The position numbers were made by a program, and so were the translations under genes. The notes beneath the pieces were generated by a model. The model ran no database searches. It was not told the origin of the DNA and saw only the letters and a program-made list of their open reading frames with translations. DNA of 64,000 bases from Candidatus Poribacteria bacterium. Its GTDB lineage: Bacteria > Poribacteria > WGA-4E > WGA-3G. This document shows positions 1 through 9,167 of the stretch, piece after piece (positions within the stretch are counted from its first letter, which is position 1; each line of letters starts with the position of its first letter). The stretch spans positions 160,001 to 224,000 of the forward strand of contig CAXXUA010000015.1 in NCBI GenBank assembly GCA_963663765.2, read 5' to 3'.

Positions 1-843
1 GTTGATAGATCAGGGGTGGGGTTTGATCACCGTTTTCCACCCAGAATTATAATGCGTAAGGGAACAGATTTGGGAGACCAATTTTTTTCCACACTGGTGC
101 ATGAAATAGGACACGCTTTTGGATTAGGAGATACCTATATTGATGCCTTGAGGTATCTTGATTTAGGTATAAGTACAGGCGGGCTCCCTCAGCTTGTTGG
201 TACGCAACCTGCGTCTGTTATGGGTATGCATTTTTACCGGCACGGTTTATCTTGGCAATCCGAAGACGATACAAACGGGATTATTTGGCTTTACAAAGCA
301 ACTTATGAAAACTTGGACGTTAAGGATTGTTTTTTCACAGACTATATGTTTGAAGAAGTTGAAGATACTCCTGTACTGGGGTGTGTGCCGAAATATCCGC
401 TCATCTTTGAAATCAGGCAGGGACACGAATACTTTGCCAATCTCATCCTCAATGAAGACCCGAACATTGATGTCAACGCACAGAACGCGATCGGTTTCTC
501 AGCGTTACACTATGCTGTCACAGGCACTCATTTGGATTTCCTCAATCGCTTGCTCAATCATCGTGACATCGATGTCAACCTCAAGGACGAACGCGGCAAA
601 ACGCCACTCCATTATGCCATCGGAGAATACAACGGCGCGGTAGTGGAGGCATTATTAACCCATAAGGATATCTTGGTGCATCTCGCAGACAACGCAGGAC
701 GGACACCTGTCGCAGTCGCAAGAGAGAACGGACACACAAGGTTAGCCACAAGACTGATAACGCATCCGAATTATGCACTTTCAGTGGCACCACATCGAAA
801 GTTAGCAACGACGTGGGCATCCCTCAAAAAACCCCGCCTGTAG
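1..843 (+). CDS. Metzincin-type zinc metallopeptidase with C-terminal ankyrin repeats (5' truncated by the window)
   Basis: Frame is open from base 1. HEIGHAFGLGD zinc motif, Met-turn (ASVMG), ankyrin repeats (SALHYAV, TPLHYAI, TPVAVA), C-terminal KLATTWASLK tail. Confidence 0.85.
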   Translation, partial: VDRSGVGFDHRFPPRIIMRKGTDLGDQFFSTLVHEIGHAFGLGDTYIDALRYLDLGISTGGLPQLVGTQPASVMGMHFYRHGLSWQSEDDTNGIIWLYKATYENLDVKDCFFTDYMFEEVEDTPVLGCVPKYPLIFEIRQGHEYFANLILNEDPNIDVNAQNAIGFSALHYAVTGTHLDFLNRLLNHRDIDVNLKDERGKTPLHYAIGEYNGAVVEALLTHKDILVHLADNAGRTPVAVARENGHTRLATRLITHPNYALSVAPHRKLATTWASLKKPRL

Positions 844-909
844 TCGCGCACTGCATCACGCTTCGGACATTCACTAAACTGAAATAATGCAAAAAAGGAG
901 ACAACACAC

Positions 910-2073
910 ATGAAAAAACCGATAATACCCAACACCCTACTCACCCTTACGCTGATAACCGTCCTCCTACTCAGTAATACACCCACCGCACACGCCTTCA
1001 AGCATAAAGAAGTACATGAGACAAAATTTGCTCGACTTTTGATTGAACGGGTACACGATGAACATTGGAACATCGTCTATGCTATCAGGGGGTCTTGTTC
1101 AGAAGAAAGACGTGCAAATCCCAAAAAATTTGAAGAAGACATCACAACTGCACTTCAAATATTGCTGCAACCGCTGCGAGAATATGATACCAAACTCCCC
1201 ATCGTCAACGATTTTCGGTTTAAGAAGGTGCCAACACTTCCTAGTGAAATACAGGTAGGTGCAGATTTGATACCACACTTATTCATATACAAAGAAGACT
1301 TGGATAATGCCACCTTTGCCGTTATTGATACCTGTTTGATAGTGGAAGAAACTGGAGGTAGCGCATTTACAGGAAGTGACAAAAACCCGTTTGCCATTAT
1401 ATTCAATGGAGAACATTGGGATCATCCGAGTTTTATGTCAATTCTCATTCACGAACTTGGACATTTATTTGGACTTGGAGATACTTATTCAGGAAGGGGT
1501 GGACCAAATCCCAGCAGATCAACAGGCGGTATGGATTGGACTATTGGTACACAACCTGCCTCTATAATGGCAATGCATTTATTTTATTTCGGATACGACT
1601 ACATCAGCGAAGACGATCTAAACGGGATCGTTTGGCTATACAAGGTGTATCACGAAGGATTACCTCTTAAGGATTGTTTCTTTCCTAACTATAAATTTGA
1701 AGAGAAACCGGCAGGCTGTATTCCCAAATGGCCGCTCATCTTTGAAATCAGACAAGGGTATGAAGTCCTTGCTATCCGCATCCTCAACCAAGACCCGAAC
1801 ATAGATGTTAATCAACAGGACGATCTCGGTAATACGGCGTTGCATTACGGTGTTATGGGTGAACATCAAAAGTTTGTAGAAACCCTACTTGAACATGGTG
1901 GTGTGATTATGAATCGTCGCAACAAAGCAGGAAAAACTCCACTGAGTCTTGCGCGTGAGATTGGCAATGAGGAGATCATCACCGCGATTGAGGAACATAA
2001 AAATAGACTTCGGTTAGCAGTTGATCCTCAGAACAAGTTAGCCACCACCTGGGCAAGTCTTAAAGAAAGATAG
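910..2073 (+). CDS. Secreted metzincin metallopeptidase with ankyrin repeats
   Basis: AAGGAG RBS; signal peptide ending AHA; HELGHLFGLGD; Met-turn ASIMA; TALHYG and TPLSLA ankyrins; AVDPQNKLATTWASLKER tail. Confidence 0.88.
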   Translation: MKKPIIPNTLLTLTLITVLLLSNTPTAHAFKHKEVHETKFARLLIERVHDEHWNIVYAIRGSCSEERRANPKKFEEDITTALQILLQPLREYDTKLPIVNDFRFKKVPTLPSEIQVGADLIPHLFIYKEDLDNATFAVIDTCLIVEETGGSAFTGSDKNPFAIIFNGEHWDHPSFMSILIHELGHLFGLGDTYSGRGGPNPSRSTGGMDWTIGTQPASIMAMHLFYFGYDYISEDDLNGIVWLYKVYHEGLPLKDCFFPNYKFEEKPAGCIPKWPLIFEIRQGYEVLAIRILNQDPNIDVNQQDDLGNTALHYGVMGEHQKFVETLLEHGGVIMNRRNKAGKTPLSLAREIGNEEIITAIEEHKNRLRLAVDPQNKLATTWASLKER

Positions 2074-2079
2074 ATTGTT

Positions 2080-2398
2080 ATAGAAAAGGATAACACGCCA
2101 CAACTCTTTAGTCCCGTAGGGACGCTATGTTTATAGAAAAGGATAACACGCCACAACTCTTTAGTCCCGTAGGGACGCTATGTTTATAGAAAAGGATAAC
2201 ACGCCACAGCTCTTTAGTCCCGTAGGGACGCTATGTTTATAGAAAAGGATAACACGCCACAGCTCTTTAGTCCCGTAGGGACGCTATGTTTATAGAAAAG
2301 GATAACACGCCACAGCTCTTTAGTCCCGTAGGGACGATATGTTTATAGAAAAGGATAACACGCCACAACTCTTTAGTCCCGTAGGGACGATATGTTTA
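2080..2398. repeat. Six tandem 53-bp units containing a GTCCCGTAGGGAC hairpin
   Basis: Units start at 2080, 2133, 2186, 2239, 2292 and 2345 and are near-identical; an inverted partial copy lies at about 2443-2478. Confidence 0.95.
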
Positions 2399-2555
2399 TT
2401 CTTCTATGTCGTTCCTACGAAACTCAATTGGAGTGGAAAAGATTTTCTATAAACATATCGTCCCTACGGGACTAAAGAACTCGACATGATGGCACCCCAT
2501 AAAATTAACGACATAGCAAAATAATATCAAAAATATTGAAAACTAAATAACCCTG
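2345..2555. mobile_element. Right part of a MITE-like element (CAGGGTTATTTAGTTTT-end family)
   Basis: From about 2370 onward it is homologous to about 5993-6247; ends in AAAACTAAATAACCCTG (2539-2555), the same terminus as at 36279-36295. Confidence 0.7.
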
Positions 2556-2562
2556 GCCAATA

Positions 2563-2775
2563 ATAGACATTCTGCCAGATTGTGCGGTTTGTTGTAGCAC
2601 ATTCTTCCAGATTGTGCGTTCAGTAGTAGCACATTCTTCCAGATTGTGCATTCAGTAGTAGCACATTCTTCCAGATTGTGCATTCAGTAGTAGCACATTC
2701 TTCCAGATTGTGCGGGTAGTTGTAGCACATTCTTCCAGATTGTGCGGGTAGTTGTAGCACATTCTTCCAGATTGC
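2563..2775. repeat. About 7 tandem 32-bp GTAG-REP-like units (GTAGCACATTCTTCCAGATTGTGC + 8 nt)
   Basis: GTAGCAC recurs at 2594, 2626, 2658, 2690, 2722 and 2754; GCACA/TGTGC stem. Confidence 0.9.
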
Positions 2776-2946
2776 TGATATAGTCATTTCTATCGTCAAT
2801 TAAGACGCTATGATAATTAAAAATACTTCAACGAAAACCTGAAGTTATTTTTATTTATCTAATCCTAACAATATCACAGAGCAATGGTAGATCAACACTA
2901 CATACTCATTCAACTGAAACACTCAATAATGGCGAAGGTATTGTCT

Positions 2947-3003
2947 CTTAAGAGTGCATTGATAACATCCATGTAGACTTTAGGAACGGCATAATGCAAT
3001 GCA
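2947..3003 (-). pseudogene. Orphan ankyrin-repeat fragment copied from the 4456-5577 gene
   Basis: Near-identical to 4637-4693; encodes ALHYAVPKVYMDVINALL versus ALHYAIPKVYMDVINALL. Confidence 0.75.
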
Positions 3004-3177
3004 TCGGCAAAATAAGTTTGGGTAACATTGGTGAAACTGGATAATAAAAATTGACAATAATCAGAAGATAACTTATGCTTCTTTTCAGTGAGTGTAGATG
3101 TATTCATAATGAAATAGTATAACACAACCTATAAGAATGCGTCCGTCCTGACATGAAATATAAAGGAGACAAAACAG

Positions 3178-4410
3178 ATGAAAAAACTCATAAAACCTAA
3201 CATCCCCATAAAACCTAACATCCCAATAACGCTTGTAGTGATGGTTACCTGCCTACTATTCAGCGTCACCCCGACAGCACACGACTTCGCCACCCTTAGA
3301 CAGCATATGAATGGAGGGTGGTTGCAACTTCTAATCGATATTGTGCATGAAGAACACTGGGATATCGGCTATAATTTTGGTGAAGACTGTCCAGAAGAAA
3401 GACGCGCCGCAACTAAAGAATTTGAAGAAGCGATTACTACGGCGCTACAGACGTGGCTACAACCGCTGCGAGAGTTAGAGACAGAAAAGCCTATTGTCAA
3501 TGAATTTCGTTTCCAGCAGATACCCGAATTAATAACCTACGAAGTGCTCAAGAAAATTGATATGGATCTAGGCGTCAATGAAACATGTAAAGGAGGCCAA
3601 TCAAGAGCTGGTATGTTACCTAATCTGCCCCCACGAGTCTTTATGCGTATGGGTGTAGATATAGATAAGGGATACATGTTTGTTCTCATCCATGAAATTG
3701 GCCATACATTTGGATTAGGAGATACGTATGCTGAAAGACTAAGGAGACCGAGTGTAACTAAGGGTGGACTGGATGCAACTGTAGGCACTCAACCCGCTGC
3801 CGCCATGTCTGTCCACCTTTACCACCACGCACCCGGCTTCATCGGCGAAGACGATATAAACGGTATTGTTTGGCTATACAAAGTCACACACGAGGGTTTT
3901 GACCCCAATGATTGTTTCTACCCTAACTACAAGTTTGAAAAAGATCCAGAAGGTTGTGTCCCCAAGTATCCCTTAATCTTTGAAGTTAGACAAGGACATG
4001 AGGTATATGCTGGACGAATTCTGAATGAAGACGAAAACATAGATATTAACGTTCAAGACATGATCGGTTATACCGCATTGCATTATGCAGTTATGGGGCA
4101 ACACATGCAGGTATTTGATAAACTCCTATCCAGAAGGGACCTTAATGTAAATCTCCAAGATGAAAGGGGCAAAACAGTCCTACATCTCGCTATCTCCAAC
4201 GGATTTACAGAAATCTTGGAAGCGTTACTCGCACATAAGGATATATTAGTGCATCTCAAGGACAATGCGGGTCGGACACCCGTAGCGTTGGCACGGGAGA
4301 TTGGTGATTTTCATCTGGCGAAACGACTGGTGACACACCCGAATTATTTGCTATCTGTAACTGCACATCGCAAGTTAGCAACGACGTGGGCAAGTCTTAA
4401 AGAAAGGTAG
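3178..4410 (+). CDS. Secreted metzincin metallopeptidase with ankyrin repeats
   Basis: AAGGAG RBS; signal peptide; HEIGHTFGLGD; Met-turn AAAMS; three ankyrin repeats; SVTAHRKLATTWASLKER tail. Confidence 0.88.
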   Translation: MKKLIKPNIPIKPNIPITLVVMVTCLLFSVTPTAHDFATLRQHMNGGWLQLLIDIVHEEHWDIGYNFGEDCPEERRAATKEFEEAITTALQTWLQPLRELETEKPIVNEFRFQQIPELITYEVLKKIDMDLGVNETCKGGQSRAGMLPNLPPRVFMRMGVDIDKGYMFVLIHEIGHTFGLGDTYAERLRRPSVTKGGLDATVGTQPAAAMSVHLYHHAPGFIGEDDINGIVWLYKVTHEGFDPNDCFYPNYKFEKDPEGCVPKYPLIFEVRQGHEVYAGRILNEDENIDINVQDMIGYTALHYAVMGQHMQVFDKLLSRRDLNVNLQDERGKTVLHLAISNGFTEILEALLAHKDILVHLKDNAGRTPVALAREIGDFHLAKRLVTHPNYLLSVTAHRKLATTWASLKER

Positions 4411-4455
4411 ATTGCGTATAGACCATTTGCGTATCAGAGATCGCGAGGACATTAT

Positions 4456-5577
4456 TCAATATCGGTTTTTCAAACTGCCCCAACATGTTGTTAGTCTTCG
4501 GTGTGCTGTTACAGAAAGCAGATGGTTCGGATGCGATGCCAAACGCCGTGCGAGTGCTTTATTCCCAAGTTCACGCGCTAACCCTATCGGTGTCCGACCC
4601 CTGTTGTCTTTGATATGAACTAAAATATCTCTATCGCTTAAGAGTGCATTGATAACATCCATGTAGACTTTAGGAATGGCATAATGCAACGCAGTTGAAC
4701 CCGTCTCATCTTGCGCATTCACATCAATGTTTTTATCCTCATTGAGTATGTCTATGGCATACTCCCGATGTCCGTTGATTATTTCAAAGATCAAGGGATA
4801 TTTGGGGACACATCCTTCTGGATCCTCTTCAAACTTATAGTCGGGAAAAAAGCAATCATCTGTAGCTAAACCCTCATAGATCGTTTTGTAAAGCCAAACA
4901 ATACCGTTTATATCGTCTTTGCTGAGAAGGTCTTGTGCTTTCGACGCACGAAGACCTGCCATGACTGAACCAGGTTGCGTCCCTATGGTGCGATTCAGAT
5001 TACCGCTTGTTGTGCGGTTCCCTTCTCCATGGCTTCCCACATAAGTATCCGCCAGTCCCAAGGCATGTCCAATCTCATGAGTAAGTACGAACATAAAAGT
5101 CTCATTAATTGTTGTTCCAGCACGCATATATACATCTGGTGGTAAGGAGATACCTACCCCTGCAGTTGATGTTCCTATTTCACACATGATAGTAACCCTC
5201 AAGTCCAGCGACAAGAGCGGCAGTGCATTTTCACCCTCTTGTTGATCAGGTTGTTTGCGGAATTCAATGTTATCAGTTGAGAAAATAGGCATTTCTGTTT
5301 TCAGGTTGTAAAGTGGATTTAACCACGTTTGTAGCACCGTAGTAATCGCTTCTTGTAGTGCTTTGTCACCTATTCTTTCTCTGAGTGGACATTTCGCACT
5401 ATGCCTGTAACCAATGACCCACTTATCCTCATGTACTTTTCGGATAAGGGTATTAAGTTTTTTATCTAACTGTGTCTCAAGTGATGCAAAGTCATAAGCA
5501 GTGGGAGTGACACAAAATAGCAAGTAAGTCAACATCACCAAAGTTATGAAGGTATTCATACTTAGTAGTTTTTTCAT
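4456..5577 (-). CDS. Secreted metzincin metallopeptidase with ankyrin repeats
   Basis: Start moved to MKKLLS (5577) after an AAGGAG RBS, matching the paralogs; HEIGHALGLAD; GSVMA Met-turn; SVTAHRRLTTCWGSLK tail. Confidence 0.88.
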   Translation of the reverse strand: MKKLLSMNTFITLVMLTYLLFCVTPTAYDFASLETQLDKKLNTLIRKVHEDKWVIGYRHSAKCPLRERIGDKALQEAITTVLQTWLNPLYNLKTEMPIFSTDNIEFRKQPDQQEGENALPLLSLDLRVTIMCEIGTSTAGVGISLPPDVYMRAGTTINETFMFVLTHEIGHALGLADTYVGSHGEGNRTTSGNLNRTIGTQPGSVMAGLRASKAQDLLSKDDINGIVWLYKTIYEGLATDDCFFPDYKFEEDPEGCVPKYPLIFEIINGHREYAIDILNEDKNIDVNAQDETGSTALHYAIPKVYMDVINALLSDRDILVHIKDNRGRTPIGLARELGNKALARRLASHPNHLLSVTAHRRLTTCWGSLKNRY

Positions 5578-5871
5578 AGCCGTGTCTCCTTTATCTGTGC
5601 TTTCACAAGCATATCCATTTATGTTACCACATTTATGGTAAATTATTGACTTAATCCTACACATTGATGAGGCGAGGTTAGAAAGTGTAGATATAATTCT
5701 ATGCTTCACCATAAATACCCCTGAGTCAACTTCGTCTGCTCCAGACCGGAAGTCTTACACGTCTTTTGCTGACTACCAATACCCATAAAAACCCGCCCGA
5801 CACAAACATCCCAATATTTGTAAAATAAAGTAAATATGATACGATATACATCAAAACCTTCGCCAATAATA

Positions 5872-6247
5872 CAAGGTTATTTAGTTTTAAGAGTTTTCTG
5901 TTATTGAGATTTACTGAAAGTTAATATCCAGGCTCGGTTTCCTAACCGAACTTTCTGCACCAGTTTTAGATTATTGAAACATGAACATCGGTCTTTAGTC
6001 CCGACAAATGCCTTATGGGGAATGCCTTAATGGCATTCAAACCGTTGATTTGGCGCATTTGGCGTTGATTTAGTAGGGACGATATGTGTATTCTTCTATG
6101 TCGTTCCTACGAAATTCAATTGGGGTGGAAAACATTTTCTATAAACATATCGTTCCTACGGGACTAAAAAACTGGACAAGATGGCAACACATAAAATTAA
6201 CGTTATAGTAAATGATTATCAAAAAAACCTAAAACTGAATAACCATG
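5872..6247. mobile_element. MITE-like element with REP cargo and a nested 70-bp insertion
   Basis: Imperfect TIRs CAAGGTTATTTAGTTTT / AAAACTGAATAACCATG; internal homology to about 2370-2555; GTCCCG|TAGGGAC hairpin interrupted by 6004-6073. Confidence 0.7.
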
Positions 6248-6497
6248 CACTCCTTGATTAGGAGTTGCTTTTTCTGACAGATTTCTGATACAATGTTCAG
6301 ATAAGATTTATCCGCTGAAAATGCAACTCGCTTTTTCGGTTCTATTGGGGGTTGACACCCCCTAATTTCTTATCTTTATTGTATCATATAAACCCAGTCT
6401 TAGCAAGGGTTATTAGCATATTTTCATATTTATTGCAAGGCAAAAACTACTTATTGCGATAAGTAATGTTGTTACGGCATTTGATAGATTCTCGTGA

Positions 6498-7685
6498 ATG
6501 CATAGGAGTGTGGCATTGGCTAAAATTCAACTCAAGGGTAGACAGAGTGATTTCCTGAAAATAGTTGTTACTGCAGCGGGACGTGGTGATCTTGATGGAG
6601 TTCGGCAGTTGTTAGACGACAAGCCTGAATGGTTACATACCATAGGTTCACACGGTAGGACGATGCTTTGGGAAGCAGCGTATCGTGGGAAGTTGGAGAT
6701 GGTAAAGTATTTGGTCGAACGCGGTGCAGATATGCATCTTCCCGGTTGCCATCTCAGTCAACATGACCTCGAAGTGACTCCCTACTGTATTGCCCGTCAC
6801 GAGGGACGTGATGATGTTGCGGATTATCTTTTGCAGCATGGCGCGATAGTTGATCTACATACTGCTGCATATCTTGGTGATTATAATGTGGCAGAATCAC
6901 TCATTGATGACGATTCCAGTCTTGTTAATAGTGGTTATCTTGATTCTGTTATGTTGCCTTCGGGCAATCCACATACTGTTGAACATAGACATTCAGATAG
7001 TGCTACACCGATACACTATGCTATTGTTGGGAGAAATATAGGGATAGTTGCGCTGCTAATTTCAAAGGGGGCAACTATTGAACCGTATAGCAGAGATTTG
7101 CTTGATTATGCGGTATCATACGACAGGAGTGACATGGTGAAATTGCTATTTGATAACGGTGCGGATCCGAGCAAAGCACCGCGTATTTACGACGATAATT
7201 CTGAGATGCGGAAATTACTAAAATCTTATGGAGTTCCTGCAAAGGATGTCAATGCATTTGATAAGATGGGTTGGCCTGAGCTTCCTTACGCGTGTCGTGG
7301 GGACAAAGGGGAACATCCTGAGACTGTACTGAAGCTATTGAAACTGGGTGCGGATATTGATGTTCGTAGTAAAAACAAAGGAAAGACTGCGTTACATTGC
7401 GCTGCAAAGGCAGGTTTTCTCAAAGTCATTGATGTGTTGTTAGATAATGGTGCAACGATTGATGCGACTGACAACACTGGTGAAACACCTTTGTTTGAAG
7501 CGATCCGTTCAACGATAAAAAACCGTGAAAAACTGCACGCTACAGTGGAACAACTATTACAGAAAGGTGCTAATCCTAACCACAAAAACAGACAGGGATT
7601 AACTACGTTACAAGTTGCGCAACGGAAACCCAGAGAAGATACTGATACAATAGTTGCATTGTTAAGAAAGTATGATGCTGTTTAA
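6498..7685 (+). CDS. Ankyrin repeat protein (cytoplasmic)
   Basis: Many ANK consensus units (GRTMLWEAA, TPIHYAI, TALHCAA, TPLFEAI, LLQKGANPN); no signal peptide; start uncertain. Confidence 0.85.
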   Translation: MHRSVALAKIQLKGRQSDFLKIVVTAAGRGDLDGVRQLLDDKPEWLHTIGSHGRTMLWEAAYRGKLEMVKYLVERGADMHLPGCHLSQHDLEVTPYCIARHEGRDDVADYLLQHGAIVDLHTAAYLGDYNVAESLIDDDSSLVNSGYLDSVMLPSGNPHTVEHRHSDSATPIHYAIVGRNIGIVALLISKGATIEPYSRDLLDYAVSYDRSDMVKLLFDNGADPSKAPRIYDDNSEMRKLLKSYGVPAKDVNAFDKMGWPELPYACRGDKGEHPETVLKLLKLGADIDVRSKNKGKTALHCAAKAGFLKVIDVLLDNGATIDATDNTGETPLFEAIRSTIKNREKLHATVEQLLQKGANPNHKNRQGLTTLQVAQRKPREDTDTIVALLRKYDAV

Positions 7686-7716
7686 GAAAATGCATTAGGA
7701 TAGTTTATCTCAGGAC

Positions 7717-8316
7717 ATGCTGATGGTTGACATTGATGTCGTAGAACATTCAGATTTATTACGACAGGAAGCAGATAGAATACTTGGTAATGAAGGTTTA
7801 CTTTCACTGCTAAAAACATACGGAGCGACACGTGTAATTGGCAGTTATGCCCTAAACACGATGACTTGGCCTGATATTGACATCAGTATGGTTCTCCCAT
7901 ATAAGCAAGATGTGGAACTATTCTTTGACATTGGACAAAAGATTGCATTGAATTTCCAAGTCACAAGAATGTCTTTTTCTAATCACTACATTCGAGGACT
8001 GCCTGGGTTTGATCACGGACTTTATTGGGGAATTCGTGTGAACTTTACTGACCAAGAATGGAAGATTGATCTATGGGGCTATTGCGAAACAGATTACAAT
8101 GCGCACATGGTGGATTTTGATAGACTACACAAACAACTTTTGGATGTAGATCGCTCAACAATCCTTCACATAAAATTTCCTATATCTCAACGTCCGGATT
8201 ATCGAGGTAAAATATACAATAGCATGGCAGTATATCAAGCAGTTCTTACAGGTAAGGTTACAACTGTAGCGGAGTTTTACAGATGGATTGAAAGGAATTC
8301 CGATGTTAACATCTGA
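7717..8316 (+). CDS. Pol-beta-superfamily nucleotidyltransferase-like protein
   Basis: hGS-x8-D-x-D motif (IGSYALNTMTWPDIDI) and a later KIDLW strand. Confidence 0.55.
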   Translation: MLMVDIDVVEHSDLLRQEADRILGNEGLLSLLKTYGATRVIGSYALNTMTWPDIDISMVLPYKQDVELFFDIGQKIALNFQVTRMSFSNHYIRGLPGFDHGLYWGIRVNFTDQEWKIDLWGYCETDYNAHMVDFDRLHKQLLDVDRSTILHIKFPISQRPDYRGKIYNSMAVYQAVLTGKVTTVAEFYRWIERNSDVNI

Positions 8317-9088
8317 AGAGAAATGGTTTTTTGACCATCATGGTTTTATCATCCTTCAACAAGTTGTTTCTGCTGAAGATATTCAACTGATGATTGAACT
8401 TGGAAATAAATGGCATGATATGACATTAGAGGAGTTACCCTCTCCTCTAACGTCTACATCTCGTGCTGGATCATACCCAGAAACAATTGCACATTGGATC
8501 AATAATGTTCAGTATGGTGATGCTGTGTTCCAACGATTAGTTCTCAATCCTGAGATAATGCGCGTTGTGATTGCTTTAACACGATCCTCACCTTGTCTTG
8601 TGGATTGTGCATTAACGCAAAACTATGAAACATCTGATGATATAAATTTTCATGCGTCAGGACTGGACTATGGTATTGAAAACGGGGAGCCCCATGCGGG
8701 TTTTGTCAATGCAGGAACTTCCTTAGTAGATGTGCCAGAAGGAACAGGATTTGTTTGTCTCCCTGGAAGCCACAAACGGAATTTTGAACCACCTGAAAAT
8801 CTGTCAATATATGATAGTTCACCTACAGTGATTAATGTCCCAGTTAATGCTGGTGACTGTGTAATCTTTACAGAAGCACTTTACCACGGTGCCAGACGTT
8901 GGACAGAAACATATCCGCGATATACAGTTTTTAACCGGTATATAGACAATGGGACACATGGTAGTTTACCAAAAGAGGAATTTAAACATTTGATTTCTGA
9001 TGAAGTCTATGAGTTGGAATTACCAGCAAAACGTGGAGAACAGAAGACTGTTGTTGGACAGATCATCAATGATTTGAGTTTAGACTGA
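8303..9088 (+). CDS. Phytanoyl-CoA dioxygenase (PhyH) family Fe(II)/2OG enzyme
   Basis: LTSEEKWFFDHHGF N-terminus, LPGSHK, AGDCVIFTEALYHGA and distal Arg. Confidence 0.85.
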   Translation: MLTSEEKWFFDHHGFIILQQVVSAEDIQLMIELGNKWHDMTLEELPSPLTSTSRAGSYPETIAHWINNVQYGDAVFQRLVLNPEIMRVVIALTRSSPCLVDCALTQNYETSDDINFHASGLDYGIENGEPHAGFVNAGTSLVDVPEGTGFVCLPGSHKRNFEPPENLSIYDSSPTVINVPVNAGDCVIFTEALYHGARRWTETYPRYTVFNRYIDNGTHGSLPKEEFKHLISDEVYELELPAKRGEQKTVVGQIINDLSLD

Positions 9089-9167
9089 ACGGGTATTTAA
9101 GCCAAAGAAACAGGGTTTTCAATCACCACACTGCTTAAACGTCTACTTGTTATTTTCGTCTTAATTA

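Noticed and set aside
2080-2775. CRISPR array
   Set aside because: Units are wholly repeated or have only 8-nt recurring linkers; there are no unique spacers and no cas genes.
2910-3125. 71-aa minus-strand ORF as a real gene
   Set aside because: Only 19 codons match an ankyrin repeat; the rest is AT-rich upstream DNA without an RBS.
6345-6366. IS200/IS605 end hairpin (GGGGGTTGACACCCCC)
   Set aside because: Single hairpin with no partner end and no tnpA/tnpB nearby; cannot be supported.
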